A stretch of DNA of 34,994 nt from Octopus bimaculoides (taxonomy: Eukaryota), in the NCBI RefSeq assembly GCF_001194135.2, contig NC_068983.1, positions 12,260,897 to 12,295,890 of the forward strand. Reading direction: 5' to 3'. A program made the position numbers and the translations under genes. Numbering within the stretch: position 1 is the first letter of the stretch; each line of letters opens with the position of its first letter. Shown here piece after piece: positions 24,275-34,994 of the stretch. A model generated the notes under the pieces. That model was not told where the DNA came from. It did not search any database and worked only from the letters and a program-made list of their open reading frames with translations.

Positions 24275-24316
24275 TTCCAGTACCGGTTTCAATCATTGGG
24301 TCTTTTTCAACTGTAA
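24275..24316 (-). ncRNA. Minimal hammerhead motif with U3:A8 core (Penelope pLTR-like)
   Basis: Minus strand TTACAG-TTGAAAA-AGAC CCAAT GATT-GAAA-CCGG-TA-CTGGAA. Stem I CAG/CTG, palindromic stem III ACCGGT, GUA triplet. Stem II is imperfect. Confidence 0.6.
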
Positions 24317-25899
24317 GTATGGAAAACAATTAAATTTTGGAAAAATTAAAAGAAAAGTATTTTAAAAGAATATTTGCATAGTGTTCAAATACAAGTGGCA
24401 TTTTCCTTATTTCTGCCTCTTTCCGTCTCTCTTGTTTACTCTTGTGGATTCGAGGTCGTTGCCAAGTGTGTATATATATATATATATACATATATTCAAG
24501 TTACGTTTATTAAGTTACTATATCTTCAATTTACGTTTTCAAGGACGAACGCCTCATGTAGTCCAGAGAACACCGTCTGTGAAAATAGATGCGTGGAATG
24601 TTTTTGATAATACTTCTGCTCATCCATGACAGATTTAGGGCTAAAAAGCAGCACCTATTGAATCGTAAGCTGCATAAAATATTTATATACCCTTCTATAT
24701 ATTACGGAGTATTTATTTGAATTTAACTTATGATTAAAGCAAATTTATGATTTTGCAGAGTCATAACATAAGTATCAATATAATACGACATCACGGACTA
24801 AAATCAAGTCCAAATGTAATAACTGATTAAGTTAACCGATGTGAGTATTACAAATTGTCTACATTTCCGTTAGTTTGTCACACAAACGCTGGAATTCGTG
24901 ATCTGCAAAGTCATTATAGATTAGATTAATAAACAAGATCCGGCGTACATGAAACGAAATGCTTTTGTCTCACCATAGAAAGTTCTAAGTCAAATTTGGA
25001 AATACGTCAAGCAAGAAAATACAATTGCAATTATAAATAAGAAGTTGCAGGTCTCAGAGAAAAGGAAAATGAGAACAGAATCTGTTGTTTACAGGAGAGA
25101 TTTAGCAATAAGGAACAATATATTAGGGAAAGATTTTGTCAAATGATCACAAGAGGTGAAGAGAATGGTATCGATTACCATGAACATACAACTAAAATGC
25201 TCGATGTGATGACATAATGTCGTCGGTTAGAATATATAGTTTCAAAAGAAAGATAAACGAAGAACTGTATACATAAGAAAACAAGGGATTCTAAAAAAAA
25301 AATAATAATAATATGACAATATACATTCCACTCTTCTCTATGGATGTAAAACATGACGCTATAAAACTAAGGTGGTGCATTTTTGAATGCTGTTGTTTTG
25401 CAACATACTTCGTGTCGAATGGAGTTTAAAATAATATATAGATGATGAAGTAAGGAAGTTTGTTTATTAAAAACTGACGTCTGAAAAAAGAATACAAACA
25501 CACTGTTAGCTGATCTGAATATTATGGTCGTCAGATGAACGCGATGGAAGAGATAGACAAAGCGGCTGCTGTAAAAATGGTAATTGGCGTTAACTAGTCT
25601 ATAAGCGTATTCAAGTTTCTGGAAGCAGGGAGTGTAAATGCTGATTGAGCACGTTGTAGGGCTTTGACCGCATACGTGTCTTAGTGTATGCTTAGTTGCA
25701 GAAGTAATTATTGTGGATACGTAATTAATTTAATTTTGTTTTTCTACTTTAAACAAGCAGCTGTAGTATCTATTAAAATTATACGCAATATTATTTGCTC
25801 TGTAAATAATACCACAAGAGACTCTGAAATCTACCTTACTGCAATTATGAAATAATTGTACAATTAGAATGTAATGGATGCCAACGATAAATATTTTGT

Positions 25900-25939
25900 A
25901 ATTATTATTATTATTATTATGATTATTATGATTATTATG

Positions 25940-25990
<51 letters not shown>
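25900..25990. repeat. (ATT)n microsatellite with ATG variants
   Basis: Seen directly. Confidence 0.95.
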
Positions 25991-26555
25991 GAGTGAGAGA
26001 GCAGTGGATGTCATCATCATCATCATTATTATTATTATCATTATTATTATCTTATTTACGGTATCAAATATTTATTCAAAACCTGGCAGAAGACCACAAA
26101 TATTAGTAGAAGTTGGTTAAGTATTTAATTTAATGAAGCCCAACAACACACAGGTGATATTTGATCCACGTGTAGAGAGGGAGAGCAAATATTGAATAAA
26201 ACCTAGAGTGACATCAACGAAACAGTTGTTGGCATTTAGTCTCATAAGCTTAGCATGTCCACACAGTGATACTGAAGCACTTATGGAAATACAAACGCAT
26301 ACATGTAGACACACACCTATATATGCAGAGGTATGCAAATTTATATATGCACACACAGACATACACACGTAAATATACATACATTGTACACATATTTTAG
26401 CAAGCGTGTATGAATCTCTACATATTCGTATGTATAAATATGTGTATATATGTATATAATATATATATGGCTGAAATTTACAGAAAAACAAAAGTCGAAG
26501 ACATGTATGAATAACAGGCAGGTGTATTATTTTGACGCTCGGGAAAGTGAGAAAG

Positions 26556-26593
26556 CCTTTTACGTTTCGAGCCTACGCTCTTCAACAGAAAGG
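26556..26593 (-). ncRNA. Minimal hammerhead motif with A6U core (Penelope pLTR-like)
   Basis: Minus strand CCTTT-CTGTTGA-A-GAGC GTAG GCTC-GAAA-CG-TA-AAAGG. Perfect 5-bp stem I, 4-bp stem II, ACGT palindrome and GUA triplet. Confidence 0.65.
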
Positions 26594-26674
26594 AATAAGA
26601 GAAAATAAACAGAGAGAGAATTAAAAAAATGTGGACTTAGTGATCAAGCATGATGTATACATATTCATCTCTCC

Positions 26675-26675
<1 letters not shown>

Positions 26676-26746
<71 letters not shown>

Positions 26747-26785
26747 ATCTATCTATCTATCTTTCTATCTATCTATCTATCTATC
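26676..26785. repeat. (ATCT)n microsatellite
   Basis: Seen directly. Confidence 0.95.
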
Positions 26786-27884
26786 CACACACATATTGGT
26801 ACATAAGTATGTATGAATATATATATATATATATGATAGATGGATGTATCATATGTATGTATATCCATATATTCNNNNNNNNNNNNNNNNNNNNNNNNNN
26901 NNNNNNNNNNNNNNNNNNNNNNNNNNNNNNNNNNNNNNNNNNNNNNNNNNNNNNNNNNNNNNNNNNNNNNNNNNNNNNNNNNNNNNNNNNNNNNNNNNNN
27001 NNNNNNNNNNNNNNNNNNNNNNNNNNNNNNNNNNNNNNNNNNNNNNNNNNNNNNNNNNNNNNNNNNNNNNNNNNNNNNNNNNNNNNNNNNNNNTCTATCT
27101 ATCTATCTATCCACACACATATTGGTACATAAGTATGTATGAATATATATATATATATATGTATACACAAAAAGACGTATATGCACACGTGTGATTTGCG
27201 AAATTGTGGCCACGTGAAAATCACACATCACACAATTATACAAATATGTTCAGCATAGCCTTATGAATACAAAATGTAGGTCATTTGCTATCTGATCGCA
27301 GAAGTTATTAGTTTCTTAATAGTTTGGTGCGTATATGCGTACTTATATGTGAGAGTGCATGCAGAAGCAGTCACCTTACAGAAGGTTTCATTTTATTCAC
27401 GCTAAAAGGACACGAGCGCTGGAATGACCACAGCTAACCTGGTAACCCTGTTACTCTTATCTTGCACACATCAAGTGAAATTCCGAACTGAGTGAATTTG
27501 TTTCTTTTTATAGATATCTATTTCAGCCAATGTTTTATATGTACACATATTCTACTGAACAGAAATCAATAACGTAGCGTTAAGGTGTAGTGTACTTTGG
27601 AAATGCAATGTGTTAAGTAAAGTATATTGGCTAAACTATGGTTTTATCTGATGTATGCTAAGGTAAATATTGTAGTTTGCTGAAATGAGTGATCTGAATA
27701 TTCAGCCAAGCCTCATGAAAATAAATGGCTGCTGGCTATTAGAAGATTATTAATCATTCCTTAATCTAATTTTCCGTTTTCTCTACATTATTATGTGCAT
27801 CTGATGTTGTTCCAATATGGCTGCCTCTGTATCTTCCTTAGTTTTCCCTCCCTCAATTCTTATAAATTTGATCATCGCTTCTCT

Positions 27885-27886
27885 TT

Positions 27887-27933
<47 letters not shown>
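27885..27933. repeat. (CTTT)n microsatellite
   Basis: Seen directly. Confidence 0.95.
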
Positions 27934-27934
<1 letters not shown>

Positions 27935-29302
27935 TTGTAATGCCTTTTTCCCTTCTTTTTATCTATCCATCTATCTCTGTTCTCTTTGTTCCTTACGTCT
28001 TCGTCTTTAAAACAAGCTCGATCTTATATTTGTGTTAGCTGTTACTTTCAACAGTAAATATGCCATTAGCCTTTTGATCTGTCTAGCATATATCAGCGAA
28101 TTACTTAATATATAGAATGTAAATGAAATTATGGGAAATTTATTTAGTCTTCTTAATTCCATTTCAAGTTTTATATTGCTATATTAGCAGTTTAAAAGCA
28201 TTACTCAGTAATGCAATCCTGCATATGATAAAACCTAACTAATTTAATGATATGTTTCAAATATATTAAGTTAGCATTTGTTGGCGAAGATGGTAATATA
28301 TTTGAAAATATACTTTGAAACATAATTATCCTATGTCTTATGCGATACTTAATAACACCAGAATTAATGAAAGTATTGAAACAAAAACGCAAACAAGACT
28401 GAAAAAACCATGATAAAAATGTGCTAATGGCTGTAATGTTTAAACAACAGCAATATTAATAATGATGATAGAAGTACGATAACCACATTATAACATATAT
28501 TTGCTTTATTCAATATATATATAGATTTATTATAATGTAGTACAATCAATTCTACCGAGTAGTTAAGTGGTCAGCAATAAAGAGTTTATAATAATGTTAA
28601 TATAATTAGGACAGTTAAATCATTAAAAAAACGAAAGTTAAAACCCAATATGCCATTCCAAGATTACATGTAGCTCTGGATATACAATCCAAAGATTTCT
28701 TGTAGCTCTAATAGAAGCAAAAGCCCAGATATTTAGGAAAATGTTGTGGTTGATTAAAGTAACGTACGAACATAGGTTGGACTTTATCTTATGAACCTTG
28801 AAATGAAATTCAGCTCATAAAGAGGTGTGACTGAATAGTGAAAGACATTTTGTCCGATTCTCTAAAGATTCTGCGAAGCCACAGCCTTATTACTATTAGT
28901 AATACTAGTATAACGCAACATATTTGTAGAAGTCATTTATATTCGATTGAATCGAGCCCACTTTTGCTTTGAGTTATAAATACTCGAGTTGCGTTGTATT
29001 TATGGGGCGTTCTCATTTTATCAACAAAAAATACAACACATAAACTCAGCCATAAAAAAACGAAGAAGACTTCCTAGCTTGTCGCAATCACCAAACCTTT
29101 AAAATTACCGGTGATACTTCTGGCGTTCGGTATATTTTTGAGGGTGGCCTCACACCCGTAGAGTTAATTGCAAAGGGATAGAATTCAGGTAATGCAAAGT
29201 GCATGTATTTCCAATGGCCATTTCCTCATATTTTAAAAGCCTGACTTGGAACCGCAGCAAGAAAAGATACTGGATAATCTTATCTTGATCTTTTTTCTAC
29301 AT

Positions 29303-29506
29303 TCTTATTTCTTTATTGCCCACAAGGGGCTAAACATAGAGGGGACAAACAAGGACAAAGGGATTAAGTCGATTACATCAACCTCAGTGCGTAACTGGTA
29401 CTTAATTTATCGACCCCTCGGCGGAATTTGAACTCAGAACGTAAGGACAGACGAAATACCGCTAAGCATTTCGTCCGGCGTGCTAACGTTTCTGCCAGCT
29501 CACCGC
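29303..29506 (-). mobile_element. SINE family 2 with a 15-bp target-site duplication
   Basis: Minus strand has A-box TGGCAGAAACG and B-box GAGTTCAAATTCC. TTTTTTCTACATTCT occurs at 29291-29305 and 29518-29532. Confidence 0.9.
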
Positions 29507-29629
29507 GTTCATCTACATTTTTTCTACATTCTAATCATAAATGTTTGACATCCCTTAGTGTAGATCTAGTGACACGCATGTTTTTAATTTAGTAAAAGTT
29601 GTTTTCCGTTATAATATAAACCTTTTTAT

Positions 29630-29757
29630 CTTTAATCGTTTACTTATTTTAGTCATTAGAAAGCAGCCATGCTGGGTCAACGTCTTGAATAAATTTAGTC
29701 GAACGAATCAGCCCTCGAACTTAAATTTTTAAACCCATCGGTCTTTATAACCGAACC
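29630..29757 (-). mobile_element. SINE family 1-like, decayed 3' half
   Basis: agtcattaga..gcagccatgctggg...ttagtcgaacgaatc...atcggtct...ccgaacc aligns loosely with 3845-3950. Confidence 0.55.
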
Positions 29758-29985
29758 ATAAATCTGAAACCATCACAAAACAGGAATTAAGAATTCACAA
29801 AAAGAATGCAAGAAAACTATGTATTAATGTAAGCTATCCAAGGAAACCGGAGAATTTTTTTCACATGGAATATAGTATATATATATATATCTATACATAC
29901 ACACACAGACTTGCCCATTTGACCTCTTGTCACTGAATACCAAGAGCAAGTGCCCTTTACAATTCCTTCTATCCAACTCACAGGT

Positions 29986-30336
29986 TTACACATAGGTGCC
30001 ATCCACTCTTGCAATTTTTGCAACTTTCACCCACCTTACAATAAACTCGCTCGAGGACAGCACTTCCCTCTCCACTCTCGATTTCCTTTTCGAGTGAAAC
30101 TTGAAGAAGTCAATGAGAGCTCTACCAAAGAGGAATGTATCTGTTCTCATGCCTTTCAGCTTTGTCCACCAAACATCATTTTTCGCCACAACCACCAAGC
30201 AAAGAAAAACTGCCTTGCCTGCCCGATTGAAGGAGTGCGGCGCGGCAATCATCACTACAAACTCGGCCGACACACAATTCCGGCACAAATGTGACAGCAG
30301 CTGTTCCACATAAACACACAAATCAGCAATGACCGG
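29986..30336 (-). mobile_element. L1/Tx1-clade LINE ORF2 C-terminus (truncated by the gap)
   Basis: Open minus frame PVIADLCVYVEQLL...VFLCLVVVAKNDVWWTKLKG...FFKFHSKRKSRVERE...EFIVRW. The AK..VW..R and F..RW pattern is typical of the L1/Tx1 ORF2 end after the CCHC knuckle. Confidence 0.7.
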
Positions 30337-30757
30337 NNNNNNNNNNNNNNNNNNNNNNNNNNNNNNNNNNNNNNNNNNNNNNNNNNNNNNNNNNNNNNNN
30401 NNNNNNNNNNNNNNNNNNNNNNNNNNNNNNNNNNNNNNNNNNNNNNNNNNNNNNNNNNNNNNNNNNNNNNNNNNNNNNNNNNNNNNNNNNNNNNNNNNNN
30501 NNNNNNNNNNNNNNNNNNNNNNNNNNNNNNNNNNNNNNNNNNNNNNNNNNNNNNNNNNNNNNNNNNNNNNNNNNNNNNNNNNNNNNNNNNNNNNNNNNNN
30601 NNNNNNNNNNNNNNNNNNNNNNNNNNNNNNNNNNNNNNNNNNNNNNNNNNNNNNNNNNNNNNNNNNNNNNNNNNNNNNNNNNNNNNNNNNNNNNNNNNNN
30701 NNNNNNNNNNNNNNNNNNNNNNNNNNNNNNNNNNNNNNNNNNNNNNNNNNNNNNNNN

Positions 30758-30835
30758 ATGATAATAATAATAATAATAATAATAATGATAATAATAATAA
30801 TAATGATGATAATAATAATAATAATAATAATAATG

Positions 30836-30896
<61 letters not shown>

Positions 30897-30906
30897 TAAT
30901 AATAAT

Positions 30907-30950
<44 letters not shown>

Positions 30951-30975
30951 TAATAATAATAATGATAATAATAAT

Positions 30976-31010
<35 letters not shown>

Positions 31011-31040
31011 TAATAATAATAATGATAATAATAAGCATAA
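30758..31040. repeat. Long (AAT)n tract
   Basis: Seen directly. Confidence 0.95.
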
Positions 31041-31043
31041 TAG

Positions 31044-31298
31044 AAATTAAATGAACGGCATAAGATCGAAGCTAACAACACCTGGGCGGTTTCACTCCTT
31101 AGATATGAAGCAGGGGTACTCGCATGGACAGAAGACGAACTAAATGGCTTAGAGAGAAAGACAAGGAAGCTGCTAACTAGATATGGGACACTCCACCCAA
31201 AACGCGACACAGACAGACTGTATGTACCAACAAAAATAAGGGGAAGAGAACTTATTGGATGCGAACACAGCATTAGAACAGAAGAAAACAACATAGCA
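31044..31298 (+). mobile_element. R4/Dong LINE fragment (thumb/linker) directly after (AAT)n
   Basis: Open frame KLNERHKIEANNTWAVSLLRYEAGVLAWTEDELNGLERKTRKLLTRYGTLHPKRDTDRLYVP...CEHSIRTEENN. Confidence 0.9.
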
Positions 31299-31828
31299 TT
31301 CCGATGAATTCGATTCCTCAACATCAGTACAAAGCGTTCCAAGCAAGTAACTATGAGTATGAACTTCTCTCGGACCTGATGTGAAGTATGAATAGGATAC
31401 TTTGAGTAGTAAGAAATCCAAGGTTATTTATTTTATTCAATTATTTCTTCCATATGAAATTGCTTTTTTACGTAATGGAAGGAAAACAGTTTCTATATAA
31501 TTTTCAGAAGTTCCAATAACATCAGACCAAGAAACGCGATATGATGGTTATATAATTGGCAATGTCTACGTTTTTCTACCCTCATACAGCTTGAAATACT
31601 GGAAATTGGCTCTATATGTTGTAGTGAATGTTATTCTATGAAATCTGAATTTAATACTATTGTTTATTTTTATGCTACACACAAAACAACTCTGAAAACA
31701 TAAAATTTCATATTTCGGTGGATTTATACTTTTAGCATCTATAGAGCATCATGTAGATCAATGCCACAAACTGTGGTATGCTGCCAAAATGTAAACTTTT
31801 GCCTCAACTTGAAATCTATATTATACAA

Positions 31829-31997
31829 GCGTAGGCGTAGGAGTGGCTGTGTGGTAAGTAGCTGGCTTACCAAGCACATGGTTCCGGGTTCAGTCCCACT
31901 GCGTGGCACCTTGGGCAAGTGTCTTTTACTATAGTCTCGGGCCGACCAAAGACTTGTGAGTGGATTTGGTAGACGAAACTGAAAGAAGCTCGTCGTA

Positions 31998-32076
<79 letters not shown>

Positions 32077-32280
32077 TTGTCTGTCTGTGTTTGTCCCCCC
32101 AACATCACTTGACAACCGATGCTAGTGTGTTTATGTCCCCTAACGTAGCCGTTCGGCAAAAGAGACCCATAGAACGAGTACTAGGCTTACAAAAGAATAA
32201 GTCCTGGGGTCGATTTGCTCGACTAAAGGTGGCGCTCCAGCATGGCCACAGTCAAATGACTGAAACAAGCAAAGGAGTAA
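31829..32280 (+). mobile_element. SINE family 1, full length
   Basis: A-box-like TGGCTGTGTGG (31844-54) and B-box-like GGTTCAGTCCC (31887-97). Internal (AT)n(GT)n at 32000-32072. Homologous to 3821-4237. Confidence 0.93.
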
Positions 32281-32726
32281 GTACACACACTCGTACTTAC
32301 TTACGTACTTAGCGTACGTTACTGTCGTTAAGCTCATATGTAAGTCAGCAGATTTTTGAAAATCAGATAAATGATCAGAGCAGAAAAAATACTGAATAAG
32401 AAAGTAAAAATGCTTTACTGTCACTCCTTTAGGTATTCAATTATTAGAAACCTCTGCCTAATTTTGATTCCTTCAACATTTATATAAGATGACAATCCAA
32501 TTACGTTGGTTGTTTTCTGATGAATGCTTGCAATAACATTCCAACACTTGGTTCATTAATGCTACTCTCTGAATTATTAACAAAGAAGGAAACGAATCGC
32601 ATCTATTGATTCCTGAAAATGTTAGTTTATATTTGAAAACGCCTCGTGCAATAATATGTGTGTATGTATGTATCTATAATAAAATATATAGATGCCGTAT
32701 ATGTGTGCGTTTGTGTGTGTGTATGC

Positions 32727-32761
<35 letters not shown>

Positions 32762-34213
32762 TATGTATGATAGATCTATCAATTTGCTCTCCTTAACAAT
32801 GACACAGTTGGTTGAGTACTGGATCAGTAGCTTTTTACAAGCTTCCTTTATAAATAAGTAAGCTATAATTGATTAAAATTTGGAAACTGTGAATAGTTTC
32901 CCATCGCATTTAGCAGTTTATTCGTCTTATCAGAAATGTCTTTGTTACCTTTCTTTACTGTTTATAAGATTATTTCATGGCAGAATCTATTGAATTACAT
33001 TGAATGCAAACAACATCTTATGTATCGATTTTCAGAAGTTTTACCAATGTTTCCAATATTTGACAGCTGTTATAAAGTCAGTGCCATGGTTTATAATTTA
33101 TAGAGAAGAGTTTTCCTTTTGTTTTCTTTTTCACTTTCTTGAAATCTAATTTTATCATTTCTGTGTTGTGTCTTATTACAGATAACATCTCGTTCGTTTA
33201 TTTGTTTGTGAGTAGTCTGCACTATGAGAAGACAGTCGTATATATTTTATGTTGTACATATTATAATGTTTGCTCATATTTTAGTCAAGTTAAGGATGGA
33301 AAAAAAAAAGATCTTTACACACAACTGAAAGATGATTGAAAGGCGAACTGTCAAAGTGCTTCAGCGAAATCGGAAATAATTGACATTAATTAAGGAATGA
33401 AATACATGGAAGATTTGTGACCAATACATAATTCGCATATCAATGTCATCCTGAAAAAAAAAAAATAACACTTGCTGTAAGGAATTGGTTAATGCTATGT
33501 TGAGAATCCGTAGTAATTGCCAGCGCTATAGTGTGATATTTGCGCATGTTAAAAAGTAGTTTGGCTAATGTTGAAAAAAATGCAAGCTCCCTGATAACGA
33601 TGAAATTTGATTTGTTAAATTGCTTGAAAGCATCATTGAAATTGATAGTCGATGTAAGAAAAAGTTTGATGTGGCATACACATCTCTATCGGATGTGATG
33701 TTATAATAAATTATTGAACCATCAATATATGGGTAGAAATGGAAGCTAACATCAAAGAATGGATGAGGAATATTTTAATTATTTGAAATACTCTCAGTTA
33801 TTACTGAAGAAATAAGGCAACATTTTGCCTGTAATGACTGAATATAAAAAATGACCAATGGTATGTTGGAAAAACACAATATGGTCGTCATCTTTTTTAG
33901 TCGATTTAATGCAATGCTAGAAATAGAACATCAGACTTCCCTTTATGTGTCTTTAATGTAGTCTCCTTTGTTGCAAAAGTTAGGGCCAGCTCTGGGATCT
34001 GAGAATAACAATTTTCCTTTCCGCTTATAAATTTAGAAGCAATAAAAAGCTGACTGCGGTTATCAACTTAATCACAATCTTCTCCATCGGAAACCTATCT
34101 CAGCAAAATTTCATAAAGGCAAGTGTGTTTCTCAGAACGTTATAATAACTAATATAGGTAATGGGGCCAAGAAACTCCAATTATGCCTCTCGAACTTTTA
34201 CTTTCTTGCAGTG

Positions 34214-34252
<39 letters not shown>

Positions 34253-34385
34253 AAATAGTAAATGAGTATATGCATATATACGTACAGGTATGTGCATACC
34301 GAAATCCACCTGTATGTATAGGTGCATATCTGGGTACAAGACATTGCAAACAAAATGTAGACAAGTAAACACACAAGCCACATAG

Positions 34386-34465
34386 AGAACATTCTCCTTC
34401 ATCAGCTACCCCCGTTTTAACACCGGCGTTTCGAAGAGCTGGGTAGGACGCATCGTTAAAACGGC
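34386..34465 (-). ncRNA. Structured motif with both hammerhead core boxes in permuted order (Penelope-like terminus)
   Basis: Minus strand CCGTTTTAAC...CTACCC...TCTTC-GAAA-CGCCGGTGT-TAAAACGG-GGGTAG-CTGATGA-AGGAGAATGTTCTC. Confidence 0.4.
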
Positions 34466-34802
34466 AAATTAAATTTGTATACACAAATTAAACCTTGCCA
34501 TGGAGGAATGTAGTGGCGGACAAAAAACAAGACAGGAAAACAAACGGAAAAGGCTATACGGCCAGACGGGAAAAATTATGTGTGTATGAACGCTGTGAGG
34601 CACGAACTTGAAAGTGGGGACGAAGTAATTTCGCGTGTTTGCTCGGCGATAGCCAAGGAAAAAAAGGATTATTGACCGGAAGCATATGACCCTGCCGGTG
34701 TAAGGGGAAGACAGAGAGTGGTAGAGGGAGAAACAAAGGGAGGAAGTAAAATAGGTGAGCAACGAGAGGATAAGAGGAAGAGAGGAAATAAAAAGGGGAA
34801 AA

Positions 34803-34885
34803 AGAGATACGTAGTAGTAACAGAGGAAGAACGAGAGGGGTAAAGAGAGATACGTAGTAGTAAACAGAGGAAGAACGAGAGGGGG
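34803..34885. repeat. Tandem duplication of about 43 bp
   Basis: agagatacgtagtagtaa(a)cagaggaagaacgagagggg occurs twice. Confidence 0.85.
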
Positions 34886-34994
34886 AAAATGATAGAGGAA
34901 GAGAAAGGGAAAGAGAAAGAGAAAGAGATAGAGTAGCGTCGGAAAATATAAAGTTGCGATAACTACTTACAGAAGTGTTTACAAAATTGTTGAC

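Noticed and set aside
25991-26015. Short island gagtgagagagcagtggatgtcatc inside (ATT)n
   Set aside because: May be the tip of an AAT-associated element, but there is no second copy in the window to support this.
26772-27160. ~60-bp direct repeat (atctatccacacacatattggtacataagtatg...) on both sides of a gap
   Set aside because: Most simply an unmerged contig overlap. It cannot be distinguished from a true tandem repeat without long reads.
29986-31038. 350-aa minus-strand ORF, the longest in the track
   Set aside because: It is made of an (ATT)n tract, a 421-N gap and about 115 aa of an L1/Tx1-like C-terminus, so it is not one real ORF.
31829-31910. A and B boxes suggesting a tRNA gene (also at 4874, 23660 and 29506)
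   Set aside because: No closed cloverleaf or acceptor stem. These are tRNA-derived SINE heads.

Overview
Eukaryotic, AT-rich, microsatellite-saturated DNA with five N gaps. It is most likely non-genic or intronic octopus (Octopus sp.) sequence; this is an inference from the repeat families and repeat density, not a database match. No intact protein-coding gene, rRNA, true tRNA or CRISPR array is supported. The window holds three tRNA-headed SINE families (about 11 copies or fragments), two decayed RTE LINE fragments and L1/Tx1-like ends. It also has a same-strand pile-up of at least six R4/Dong-clade (RLE endonuclease) LINE fragments at about 16.9-22.0 kb, mostly separated by (AAT)n-type tracts. 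The most notable signal is a set of hammerhead-ribozyme (HHR) motifs, several with non-canonical cores. One is a fully drawable type I HHR (U4C core) at the tip of a ~120-nt imperfect rod at 12909-13031, inside a ~250-nt multi-hairpin module next to an assembly gap. Minimal Penelope-type motifs occur at 24275-24316 (C3U/G8A covariant core) and 26556-26593 (A6U). Split, permuted or degenerate versions occur at 3413, 7828, 14.5/14.9 kb and 34.4 kb. All folds were drawn by eye, and no activity is shown.
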